Shown here: positions 23,379 through 34,293 of the stretch, one piece after another
How the letters are laid out: the number at the start of each line of letters is the position of its first letter
Position numbering within the stretch: the stretch's first letter is position 1
Assembly (NCBI GenBank): GCA_963755915.1
Contig: CAVWLP010000002.1
Location: 2,720,001-2,784,000, forward strand
Length of the DNA: 64,000 nt
Direction: 5' to 3'
Origin: an uncultured Phycisphaerales bacterium
GTDB lineage: Bacteria > Planctomycetota > Phycisphaerae > Tepidisphaerales > Tepidisphaeraceae
The notes under the pieces: generated by a model
Told to the model about the DNA's origin: nothing
Databases searched by the model: none
What the model saw: only the letters and a program-made list of their open reading frames with translations
Position numbers and translations under genes: made by a program

Positions 23379-24422
23379 ATGTCGATTAGCACAGTCGCCA
23401 AGCTCGCGGGTGTTTCCACCTCCACAGTTTCACGCGTCATTAATAACCACCCCCGCGTCGCCCCCGAAACTGAACGCTCTGTCCGCAAGGCGATGCAAGA
23501 GCTCGGCTACACCCCCTCCGACCGCCGGCCTGGTCCAAAATCCGCAGGACGACTAAAGACGGAAAAAAAACGGGCCGCGTTCCTGGTCCTCGGCGCCTCC
23601 GGCCAGCAGGCCACTCCCGCTTTTGCAGGCCTTCTTCGCGGTGTTTCCCTTGGTGGCGCCGACAACGGAATGGACATCGCCTTCCACTTTGTCCCTGACC
23701 CCGACGAAATTTCTTCCTGGATTCTCGACCAGCGAATCGACGGCCTGCTCCTCCACGGCACCCGCCCCAGCGGTGAAATCGAACGCCGACTCCGCAAAAT
23801 TCCCACCGTCTGGCTCATGGGAAACCGCCGCCGGCCCGACTGGGGCGACCAGGTCATGCCCGACAGCTACGAAATCGGACACCTTGCCGCGGAATACCTC
23901 GTTTCCCACGGCCACCAGCGGCTGGCATTTTTGAACCTCGACGCGGGCTTCTGGCCCTTCCGTCTCTATTGCCAGAGCTTTTCCGCCGCCGCCGCGGACA
24001 AATCCGTCTCCGTCGTTACCGTTGAGCAACCGCTCGAGCAATCTCCCGACTATTGGCACCGCCACAGCCAGCGCGTGGTGTCAGACCTGGTCGAGCGTTT
24101 CATGGCAATTTCCCCGCGTCCCACGGGAATTTTTGTTGCCGACGACATGCAGGTCGCCGTCCTTCAGCCCGCGCTTCAGTCCGCCGGGATCCAGATCGGC
24201 CCCGGCCAGACGCAAATCATTTCCTGCAACAACGAAGCCCCGTTCCGCGTCGGCCTTTCCCCGAAGCCCGCGGCAATAGATATCCGGGTCGAATCGGTTG
24301 GCCGCCGCGGCGTAGAACAACTCCTATGGCGCATGACCCACCTGCACCTCCAGGAACGCCTGATCTGCGCCGTAGAGCCGATGATCGTCGATTTCGACGC
24401 GCCGCAGCCGCAACCCACATGA
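23379..24422 (+). CDS. LacI-family transcriptional regulator (copy 1)
   Basis: VAKLAGVSTSTVSRVIN HTH plus periplasmic-binding-like core; TGATATAAT -10 box 8 nt before ATG. Confidence 0.93.
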   Translation: MSISTVAKLAGVSTSTVSRVINNHPRVAPETERSVRKAMQELGYTPSDRRPGPKSAGRLKTEKKRAAFLVLGASGQQATPAFAGLLRGVSLGGADNGMDIAFHFVPDPDEISSWILDQRIDGLLLHGTRPSGEIERRLRKIPTVWLMGNRRRPDWGDQVMPDSYEIGHLAAEYLVSHGHQRLAFLNLDAGFWPFRLYCQSFSAAAADKSVSVVTVEQPLEQSPDYWHRHSQRVVSDLVERFMAISPRPTGIFVADDMQVAVLQPALQSAGIQIGPGQTQIISCNNEAPFRVGLSPKPAAIDIRVESVGRRGVEQLLWRMTHLHLQERLICAVEPMIVDFDAPQPQPT

Positions 24423-24498
24423 TCCCAAAGTGCCGCCGGACTTCGGCGAGCTCGGTCGAGCCGTGCCCCACCGGCGAATTTTCCCCAGCGAATTCCCC

Positions 24499-24554
24499 TT
24501 TCACACATTTTCCCACTTTTTCACACTTTTCAAACCTTTCGCACCTTTCACACC
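24499..24554. repeat. Imperfect 9-10 bp tandem repeat TTTCNNACN x6
   Basis: tttcacaca/tttcccact/tttcacact/tttcaaacc/tttcgcacc/tttcacacc. Confidence 0.75.
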
Positions 24555-24676
24555 TTCTTGCCCCCACCCCTTCCGCGCGGTAATTTCCCCCTCTTACCAC
24601 CAATATTTGCCACGAAAATAGTGGAAATTGCAAAGCCTTCGTGCGATAATGCCCCCGCACCTATTCGGAGCCCAAA

Positions 24677-25732
24677 ATGTCCCTGAATCGAGTCGCGGAA
24701 ATGGCTGGCGTATCCGCCTCCACCGTGTCGCGCGTCGTCAACGACCAGCAAGGCGTCGCGCCCCAAACCGCAGAGGCCGTTCGCGAGGCCATGCGAAAAA
24801 TCTCCTTCTCTCCACCCGCACGCCGAAGGGCACGCAAATCCACCAACGGACACGGCGAGCAAGCCAAGACCGTCGCCTTCCTCATCTTCGGAACCAGCGG
24901 CGAGCAAACCGCCCCCGCATTCACCAGCCTTCTCCGCGGCGTCTCCATCGCCGCCCGCGAAAATAATTTCGACCTCTTCGTCAGCTTCGTCTCCAACCCC
25001 GATGAGCTCCCGCGCCGAATCTCCGAGCAGCGCGTCGGCGGGCTCCTCCTCCACGGCGAGCAGCCCAGCGAATCCGTCCAGTCCCAGCTCCGCGGCCTGC
25101 CCACCGTCTGGCTCATGGCCAACCGCTTTCCACCGCGCTGGGGCGACCAGGTCATGCCCGACAACTCTTCGATCGGCCGCCTCGCCGCGGAATACCTGCA
25201 CGCCCACGGCTGCAAATCCGCGGCTTATCTCAGCGCCGCCCCGCGGTCCTGGGGCCTGCAGGTGCGCGAGCTCGCCTTCTGCCAATACATGGCCGACATC
25301 GGCGGACACGTCCACGTCCTTCGCGCCGCCGTCGAATCTCCCCCCGACTTCTGGCAATTCGACGGCTCTGCCGCCCGCGCCCTGACCGAGCAATTCATCC
25401 GGCTTGACCCCCGCCCGCAGGGCCTCTTTCTCGCCGAAGACCGCTACGCCCCGACGGTCTACACAACTCTTGCCGCCAGCGGCATCGCCCTGAACAACAA
25501 CGGCGGCTCCCCCAATAACAGCTCATCCGGCGAAAACGCCGTCCGCGTCATCTCCTGCAACAACGAAATGCCCTACCTTGATCGCCTTCACCCCACGCCC
25601 GCGACCCTGGACATCCGCGCCGAAAGCATCGGCCGCCGCGGCGTCGAACAGCTCATCTGTGCGCTGGAACATCTCACGACCGTGGAGCGTATCCGTAAGA
25701 TGGTCGAGCCCATTCTCGTGGAACCTCAGTAG
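24677..25732 (+). CDS. LacI-family transcriptional regulator (copy 2, paralog)
   Basis: VAEMAGVSASTVSRVVN; shares PAF..LLRGVS, GLLLHG, PTVWLM.NR, WGDQVMPD, ISCNNE and GRRGVEQL with copy 1. Confidence 0.93.
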   Translation: MSLNRVAEMAGVSASTVSRVVNDQQGVAPQTAEAVREAMRKISFSPPARRRARKSTNGHGEQAKTVAFLIFGTSGEQTAPAFTSLLRGVSIAARENNFDLFVSFVSNPDELPRRISEQRVGGLLLHGEQPSESVQSQLRGLPTVWLMANRFPPRWGDQVMPDNSSIGRLAAEYLHAHGCKSAAYLSAAPRSWGLQVRELAFCQYMADIGGHVHVLRAAVESPPDFWQFDGSAARALTEQFIRLDPRPQGLFLAEDRYAPTVYTTLAASGIALNNNGGSPNNSSSGENAVRVISCNNEMPYLDRLHPTPATLDIRAESIGRRGVEQLICALEHLTTVERIRKMVEPILVEPQ

Positions 25733-25748
25733 CGAAGCATATTTCCGT

Positions 25749-25803
25749 TTGCCTATTGCCTATTGAATGCCCAAATAGGCAATAGCAAATGGGCAATAGG
25801 CAA
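25749..25803. repeat. Palindromic heptamer-repeat element (GCCTATT/AATAGGC)
   Basis: TTGCCTATTGCC (25749) pairs with GGCAATAGGCAA (25792); further GAAATCT heptamers at 25877-25902. Confidence 0.75.
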
Positions 25804-25993
25804 TCACCGACGAATTCTGGTAATTGCAGAAAGCCGCTCCGCGAACTATCACCCAAAAGTATGCGGTAATTATCCACAAATCTGAAATCTGAAATCTCAA
25901 ATCGTTATTAAATAGCATCTTGTATTAAATGCATTCTCCCACGCCTGTGGTAATTCCCATGAAAATAAATTGCGTTAATCATGCCGAATTCTA

Positions 25994-26023
25994 TTGCAAG
26001 TTTGGCCATATCCGGTGTAATAT
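25994..26023 (+). promoter_or_regulatory. Sigma70-type promoter of the pilin-like gene
   Basis: TTGCAA-N18-TAATAT. Confidence 0.45.
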
Positions 26024-26160
26024 GGGATGAGTTGGTGGCCCAAAGCGTTCGGCGGCGCGGGCCGTCCCATTCCGGAGGCAGCGACATGTCATCCCGCACG
26101 AGTCTGTTCCGCCCCGGATCGAGTTGCTCAGCGCCGGACGCGAATGTTCAGGAGAGCCCC

Positions 26161-27240
26161 ATGCTTCGTCGCAAAGCGTTTACACTCGTAGAATTACTCG
26201 TTGTCATTGGCATTATCGCGATTTTGATTGGGATTCTCCTTCCGGCGCTTCAGAAGGCCCGCGCCCAGGCGCGACTCGTTCAGTGTGCTGCCAACGAACG
26301 CATGATCGGCCAGGCGATGATTAACTACGCCTCCGATAACCAAGGCTATCTACCCGAGCACGCTTATTCGGACATCCCTTATCGAGGACTCGAAGGCGCT
26401 ACCGACGTGATGCAGGATGGAATTGATGACTATAACTACCTAGTACAAGACGGGAACGGACAAAGCCATGGCCTTAACCTCGCCGTTGGCGGCATTCAGG
26501 ATACCGGCGCGAATATCGGCCGGCTCATCATGTGCGGTTACCTGGGACATTATGATCTTTCGCCGGCCAACGGCCCCAACAATATTGGAATTACGTCCTT
26601 TGCCCCCTTTCGCTGGTGCCCTGCGCAGGACCAATTCTCCCAAGAGGCAGGCCTGCAATCCTCTTATTATATGAATCCACATTGGTCGTATACCCGCGCA
26701 TCCAATCCCAGTCCGCCCTCTAGCCCAAACCAGCCCAATCCGGGCCAACCAAACATTGTCTACACGGACACCACTGGGACCGCAGTTCACGCTGCGTGGT
26801 TTCGCAAGATTTCTGATTACCCGCCCCAACTAGCCATGCTGACAGAAATATACTTCTATCCCTATAAATACGGCGGCTCCAGCACCATCACCCATCCCGG
26901 CCCTGGCGGGACCTCTTATTGGAACATTCTGCTGCCCGATGGCCATGTTGCGACGGTCAATGACAAATGGTTAATCCAAAAGTTCAACACGTCCGCAGCC
27001 AGCTTATCGAACCAAATAAACAGCGGCATAGGCAACCAGCTGACCGATTTCGACGACGCCCTCGACATACTTGAGACGGAAGCCGACGGCCGCGTCCCAT
27101 GCAATGGCTCCAAATCCTCCATGGCACTGCCGGGATATGCGCCCGCCTCTTTTGCTACGCCGTGGTACAACCGTTGCGTCCGTTACCCCAGCGAAAATGT
27201 TGGATCAAGCTACATTGGTCCTACGACCTGGCAATATTAA
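26161..27240 (+). CDS. Prepilin-type N-terminal cleavage/methylation protein with H-X9-DG tail (DUF1559-like)
   Basis: [35 protein letters not shown]-terminal [18 protein letters not shown]. Confidence 0.92.
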   Translation: MLRRKAFTLVELLVVIGIIAILIGILLPALQKARAQARLVQCAANERMIGQAMINYASDNQGYLPEHAYSDIPYRGLEGATDVMQDGIDDYNYLVQDGNGQSHGLNLAVGGIQDTGANIGRLIMCGYLGHYDLSPANGPNNIGITSFAPFRWCPAQDQFSQEAGLQSSYYMNPHWSYTRASNPSPPSSPNQPNPGQPNIVYTDTTGTAVHAAWFRKISDYPPQLAMLTEIYFYPYKYGGSSTITHPGPGGTSYWNILLPDGHVATVNDKWLIQKFNTSAASLSNQINSGIGNQLTDFDDALDILETEADGRVPCNGSKSSMALPGYAPASFATPWYNRCVRYPSENVGSSYIGPTTWQY

Positions 27241-27357
27241 TCCGCCGGGCATCGCTATAGCACGGGGTGGAACCGGGACCGGGGCGACGGGGGGTTGGAC
27301 GGTAAGGGCTCGCGTCGCTCTTTATTCTCTTGTATCGATCCCCCTGCCCCTGATTTT

Positions 27358-28497
27358 TCACGCCGCCTGCGGCGGCTCAAATACCTTGATGCAATTCCGC
27401 GTGCTGTTCTTCGCCGCGTACAACGCCTGGTCGGCCGCACCCAGCAGGGCTGAAAGCGTCAGAATATTCCCCGGCTTGCTCCGCTCCGCGACGCCGATGC
27501 TCAGCGTGGGTGGCTTGTCCAGATTCGTAATTGCGTGCGAAAAATCCACCGACAAAAACGCCTGCCGCAGCTTCTGCACCACCTGCTGCGCCTGATACAG
27601 CGGCGTCTGCGGCAGCGCGATCACAAACTCGTCCCCGCCATACCGAAACGCCAGGTCCGTCTTCCGTAGCGTGATCCGCACGCAATCGGCAAACGACCGC
27701 AGCATATGATCTCCGGCCGCGTGGCCGTGCACGTCGTTGATCTCCTTGAAATGATCGAGGTCGATCATCACCAGCGACAGGGCATGGTTGTGCCGTTCGC
27801 ACAGGGCGACTTCGCGCTGAAGAAGCTGTTCCATCGATCGCCGGTTAAACAGCCCGGTGAGCGCATCGGTCATCGACTGCTTCTCCGCCTCCGCCAGCAG
27901 ATGCAGCGTCGTCAGCACCGAGTGCGCGCTGTTCACATAAGTCTGCGCCAGTTGCCTGCGGCTCTCCGTCCACTCGCCCCCCGGCGGCAGGAGCATGTGA
28001 ACCACCGACTGCATCTTGCGCCCGATTGTGAACGGAATGCAATACGCCGGATGCGACGCCGGCAGCTTCAGGCACGCATCGATGGCGCACCGAACCGGCG
28101 ACCCCTCCGGCCTGAACGTGCGAGGCAGATTCTGCCGCAAGCACGGGCACGTCGTCGCATCCAGCTCTGTGCCGGATGGAATGGTCACGAGGTCCGCGGG
28201 CCACGCCGCGCGCACTTCAATCGAAGGGGTCGCCTCCGGCTCGCTCGTCAGTATCGCTAATCCCGAAAGCCCCAGCTCGGTGCGAAGGAAATGGCTCAGC
28301 GTAGCAAAAACCTGTTCCGGCTTGCCGGTCCCCTGAATGGTCTGCGAGAAATCCAGCAGCCGATCGACGGTTGCCGTGCGCTCCACCAGCACTGCGTGGG
28401 AAGACTTATGCCCGCGCCCCGGTCGTGTGGCGTAGATGGCAAAGGCCAGAATGGCAGCGGCCAGCAACTGCGTCGCAATCAACCACATAACCGCCAC
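27358..28497 (-). CDS. Membrane-anchored diguanylate cyclase (GAF-like + GGDEF)
   Basis: N-terminal TM helix; DALTGLFNRR, DLDHFKEIND.HGH..GD, I-site RKTD, RYGGDEF. Confidence 0.93.
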   Translation of the reverse strand: MAVMWLIATQLLAAAILAFAIYATRPGRGHKSSHAVLVERTATVDRLLDFSQTIQGTGKPEQVFATLSHFLRTELGLSGLAILTSEPEATPSIEVRAAWPADLVTIPSGTELDATTCPCLRQNLPRTFRPEGSPVRCAIDACLKLPASHPAYCIPFTIGRKMQSVVHMLLPPGGEWTESRRQLAQTYVNSAHSVLTTLHLLAEAEKQSMTDALTGLFNRRSMEQLLQREVALCERHNHALSLVMIDLDHFKEINDVHGHAAGDHMLRSFADCVRITLRKTDLAFRYGGDEFVIALPQTPLYQAQQVVQKLRQAFLSVDFSHAITNLDKPPTLSIGVAERSKPGNILTLSALLGAADQALYAAKNSTRNCIKVFEPPQAA

Positions 28498-28682
28498 CTG
28501 TCGTGGCGCGGATCGGCGTAATCCGCATATTCGTCAAAATCGGTATCGGTTGATTCCCCGAATCACTCAATATCCCCGTAATTGCGCAGTATTGGCTATT
28601 CCAGCGTCCGATTCACTCGGCATTTATCCGTAGGCATTCGGCATTTCCTTGACTCCGAAAAACCATTGCGTACATTGTAGTC

Positions 28683-30314
<1,632 letters not shown>

Positions 30315-30326
30315 ATTTCATTTGCC

Positions 30327-30410
30327 GCCACAGATGAAAATCAGATGCACCCAGATAAGAAAATGACCGATACATTCTTATCGGAACGCATCGGCGTTTC
30401 GACCTGTCGC
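30327..30410. repeat. Degenerate palindromic CAGAT-repeat element
   Basis: cacagatg/tcagatg/ccagata left arm with a partly complementary atcgg/atcgg/acctgt right arm. Confidence 0.45.
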
Positions 30411-30425
30411 CAATAAATCTGAATC

Positions 30426-31103
30426 ATGCGATACAAATCCATTCTTCTCTTCGGCGCACCGGGCAGCGGCAAGGGGACGCAGGGGAAAATTATCGGCACC
30501 ATCCCCGGCTTTTATCACAGCGCCACCGGCGACATCTTCCGCTCCCTCGATCTCCAGAGCGAAATGGGGCGGCTCTTCTGGGAATATGCGGGCAAGGGCA
30601 AGCTGGTTCCGGATGAAGTCACCATCAAGCTCTGGAAGCAATACATCAAGGGGATGGAGATGATCAACCAGTTCCATCCGCAGAACGAAATCCTCGTGCT
30701 GGACGGCATCCCGAGAAACGTCAGGCAGGCCGAGCTTCTCGACGAGACCATCGAAGTCGCGAAAGTGATCCACCTGGTCTGCCTCGATAATGCGAAGATG
30801 GTGGAGCGATTGCGCCGCCGGGCCTTGCGCGAAAACCGGTTCGACGATGCGAGCGACGAAGTCATCAAGCGGCGGCTGGATGTGTATGAGCGCGAAACCC
30901 GGCCGGTGCTGAGCTATTATCCGCCGGATCGCGTCGTCCGCGTCGAGGCGACGATGTCGCAGATTCGCGTGCTGAGCCAACTGGTCGAGTTCCTCGTCCC
31001 TCTAAAGGAGCAGCACGACCAGGAGCGCGATCAGGCGCAGCCGGAGCCCCAGCGTCAAGCACAATCCTCCGGCGCCAAACCGCAGACTGCGAGCAAATCG
31101 TAG
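30426..31103 (+). CDS. adk: Adenylate kinase family nucleoside monophosphate kinase
   Basis: GAPGSGKGTQ P-loop, TGDIFR, G.LVPDE, LDGIPRN..QA, R.DD. Confidence 0.8.
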   Translation: MRYKSILLFGAPGSGKGTQGKIIGTIPGFYHSATGDIFRSLDLQSEMGRLFWEYAGKGKLVPDEVTIKLWKQYIKGMEMINQFHPQNEILVLDGIPRNVRQAELLDETIEVAKVIHLVCLDNAKMVERLRRRALRENRFDDASDEVIKRRLDVYERETRPVLSYYPPDRVVRVEATMSQIRVLSQLVEFLVPLKEQHDQERDQAQPEPQRQAQSSGAKPQTASKS

Positions 31104-31155
31104 GCCTGGCGCCTGCGACCTCCCGCGCGGGCGATTTGAGTTATCATATCTTTGA

Positions 31156-32165
31156 ATGTTTCGACACTGGCGCATCGCGGTGGCGGTCTTGTGCAGTGTC
31201 ATCTTCCTCGCAACCCTCTCTCTCTTGATTTACAGCTATTTCCTCCCCGGCGGCTTACAGGAAATGTCGGGCAGCCGCGTCGTCTTCATTGGCTGCAATA
31301 GCGGACAGATTAAATACTCCTCGCAGCGGTTTTCTAGTGCCATCTGGCCGGCAAGTACGTCCTGGGGTCTCTACAACGACTTACCCCGTCCGATCAGATT
31401 TAACCTCTGGGCGCACTTTTCGGACTTTCCTGGTCGCACGGAACAGCCCTTATCGGCTCAGGCGCCGCCGGTAAGACGATCAAGGTCACTTTCCTAGGAA
31501 TTCGATTTCCGATGTGGCCTTTGCTCGCTCTCTCGTCTCCTTTTCCCATCTGGGTCTATTTCCGGGGCCGGCGCACTGTCCGCTGGTCGATGCGCGATGA
31601 CATCGCCTGGATGAACTTTCGCCTGCGAAGAAAGCTGCGGCGATTTGCGATCTTCTCCGCCGCCGGCGCGATCGCGGGTGGGGGGCTGGGGTGGTTCGAT
31701 TACCAATTCCAGCTTTGGCAGACTCCGGCGGAATGGTCGCTCACCCTGCTGATTTTGTTGCCCATCGTGAATTTCCTGGTGATCCTCACTCGGCGGCGGA
31801 TTCCCTGGCGCCGGGGGGTGGTCTGGATGTCGCTGGAAATCTCCGGCTTCGTCTGCTTCTTTATCGCGACGTTGCAGGAAGCCTGGCGAATCCTGGGCGG
31901 CCGCACTGTCCCCGAGGTCAATCTCGGTCCCGGTGCGCTGCTCATGGGCGCCGTTGGATTCCTCATCAGCGCAATCATTCTGTTGCTGCTGCAACTGAGG
32001 CCGCAGCCTGTCAAACCCGGACCCTATTGCCCGGCGTGCGGATACTGTTTGATTGGATCGCCGAGACAGATTTGTGCGGAATGCGGGAGACCGTTTACGC
32101 TGGAGGAACTGGGAATTACCGCCGAGGAATTAATCCCAAATTCGAAGGTCGCGGTCCGAGCTTGA
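31156..32165 (+). CDS. Hypothetical multi-pass membrane protein with C-terminal Zn ribbon (probable frameshift near 31450; may be two genes)
   Basis: TM segments; CPACGY.L.G....CAECG. Confidence 0.55.
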
Positions 32166-32202
32166 TTCGGAAGTCGGATTTCAGATTTGGGTCGAATTTC
32201 GC

Positions 32203-32757
32203 CTACGATCGGCTCAGATATTCCCCCGACTCCGTGCTGATTTTGATCTTCTCGCCAATCACAATAAATCCCGGCACGCGCGTCGTCAGGCCGGTTTCCA
32301 GCTTGGCCTCTTTGAGCTGGTTTGTGGCCGTCGCCCCTTTGATCACCGGCGGCGTGTCCACGACTTCCAGGTCGACCGCCGCCGGCATCGTGTACGATAC
32401 GATCTTCCCCTCATGAAACAGGGCGGTGAGCGGCGTGTTGGGCTTCAGGTAAAGAATATCGTCGCCGAAAACTTCCTTGGGAATCGTTGTCTGGTCGTAC
32501 GTTTCCATGTCCATGACGATGTGCCCGTCGTTGTCGCTGTAGAGGTATTCGACCTGCCTGCTGTCGAGGGTTGTTGTCTCGATGTCGTCGGTGGCGCCCA
32601 CGCGCTTGTCCTGAATGGTTCCCTTGGAGACGTCGCGCAGTTTGAACTGGACCTTGGCCCGGAGGTTGCCGGGCGTATTGTGATCGGCGTTGGTGACGAC
32701 AAACAGTTTCCCGTCAATCAAGACGGCCTGACCGCGACGAATATCACTGGCGCGCAT
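32203..32757 (-). CDS. efp: Elongation factor P
   Basis: TPGNLRA loop, YLYSD, MDMETYDQ, AKLETGL..RVP.FI..GEKI.IST..GEYLSR. Confidence 0.95.
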   Translation of the reverse strand: MRASDIRRGQAVLIDGKLFVVTNADHNTPGNLRAKVQFKLRDVSKGTIQDKRVGATDDIETTTLDSRQVEYLYSDNDGHIVMDMETYDQTTIPKEVFGDDILYLKPNTPLTALFHEGKIVSYTMPAAVDLEVVDTPPVIKGATATNQLKEAKLETGLTTRVPGFIVIGEKIKISTESGEYLSRS

Positions 32758-32838
32758 AAAACATCCTTTTCAGCCTCAAATTTTAGGCACATTTCAGTCA
32801 AAACAGGGGCGAGAATGTAACCGCGGAGAAGCAATGCG

Positions 32839-34293
32839 TCAAACCGGGGGGGAACCGCCGGAGCAGTAATCCCGCCACATCTGATGGTATGCCGCCTCCA
32901 TATTTCGCGCAAAGAGCCCCCGATCCATCAGCGGACTTTGCACCATCCGCCGGCGGAGATTCTGGCGCAACTCCCGTCGCCCGGCGAAATCTTCCGCCAG
33001 CGCCAGCGCCTTGGCGATAAAATCCTCATCGCTTTCTCCGATGCACTGGCGAAGATCGAGCCGCGAAAGAATACTGGCCCCGGCACGCCCGGGCCCAGTC
33101 TCGCCAATTCGTGAAATCACGGGCACCCCCATCCAAAGGGCATCGCATGTGGTCGTGATTCCATTGTAAACCAGCGGATCAAGGCAGATATCGATTCGAT
33201 CATAGAGCCGAAGGTATTCTCGCCGCCGCTGCCTGCCGACGAATTCAATCCGTCCCGGATCGACGCCGGCGGCCGCGAATGTTTCCGCGATCGCTCCCCT
33301 TTGTTTCCGCGATTCCGCGAGCAGCACCAAGTTCGAGTCCGCCGCGGCTGCCAGCACTTTCGCCCACAATCCGAGCGTCGGCCGATTCAATTTGCATGGA
33401 TTGTTCAGCGAGCCGAACGTCACCGCTCCGGGCTCTCGCTCCGCGGCGGGGGGGAGATCGCCCAGCGGATGGTAGCAGCACCAGCCATTTGCGAGCCGGA
33501 GCGATTTCTCCGAATAATATGCGTCGACATTTGCGGCGTCGTCTCGCGGATCAATCACTTCGTCGGTAATGCGGTAATCGATCGCCCCCAGCCCTGTCCC
33601 GCCGGGATATGCCAGCCAGGTCGCCTGCACCGGGACCGGTTTCATGGCAAACATCGGCAGCCGATTGAACGCCATGTGCATGGTCAGATCGATGAGAATA
33701 TCGACCCGATCAGAGTTGATCTTCTGGGCGAGCTGCGAATCGGTGAGATCCTTCACGTCGTGCCAGACATCCGCGCAGTTGCGGATGATCTCCGTCGCCC
33801 GGTCGGGCGTGCGAACGCTGGAGTAAAGATGAATCTCGAAATTCTCGCGGTCGTGCGCCTGAAGCAGCGGGAGTACGAAGAAACATTCGGCGTGCCCGTA
33901 AAAGTCGGGCGACACATAGCCGATCTTCAGCCGCCGATCGGGCGAGCGCTCATTGCGATGCTCAAGCGGGGCCTTGCCTCCATTCCGATTGTCCCATTCA
34001 CGGCATTCCCGAAAAATTGCCGCGCGGTCATACCCCGGATGAAAATGCAACTTGTAACAAAGGCTGCTGTGGATTTCCGCATTCCCCGGCTCGAGGTCCA
34101 TCGCCTGCCGGCAAAGCTCCACCGCCTCTTCGATCCTGCCCGAATCCTTGAAGATATTGGCGAGATTATTGAGGATTGCCGCCTGCCGCGGACCCTCAGC
34201 CAGCATCTGCCGGTAAATTTCCTCCGCCTCATCGAGCCGCCCCTCGCGTTGAAAGCGCAGGGCATCGGCGAGGGTTTCCTGCTGGTCACGCAT
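32839..34293 (-). CDS. SPINDLY/OGT-family (GT41) TPR glycosyltransferase, short-TPR copy
   Basis: TPRs; RLKIGYVSPDF, DILIDL..H, PVQATWLAYPGGTG, FGSLNN..K, DICLDP..YNG.TTTCDALWMGVPV. Confidence 0.92.
   Translation of the reverse strand: MRDQQETLADALRFQREGRLDEAEEIYRQMLAEGPRQAAILNNLANIFKDSGRIEEAVELCRQAMDLEPGNAEIHSSLCYKLHFHPGYDRAAIFRECREWDNRNGGKAPLEHRNERSPDRRLKIGYVSPDFYGHAECFFVLPLLQAHDRENFEIHLYSSVRTPDRATEIIRNCADVWHDVKDLTDSQLAQKINSDRVDILIDLTMHMAFNRLPMFAMKPVPVQATWLAYPGGTGLGAIDYRITDEVIDPRDDAANVDAYYSEKSLRLANGWCCYHPLGDLPPAAEREPGAVTFGSLNNPCKLNRPTLGLWAKVLAAAADSNLVLLAESRKQRGAIAETFAAAGVDPGRIEFVGRQRRREYLRLYDRIDICLDPLVYNGITTTCDALWMGVPVISRIGETGPGRAGASILSRLDLRQCIGESDEDFIAKALALAEDFAGRRELRQNLRRRMVQSPLMDRGLFARNMEAAYHQMWRDYCSGGSPPV

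Noticed and set aside
25870-25878. Replication origin from the DnaA box TTATCCACA
   Set aside because: Single box with no cluster and no dnaA/dnaN nearby; it overlaps a candidate LacI site
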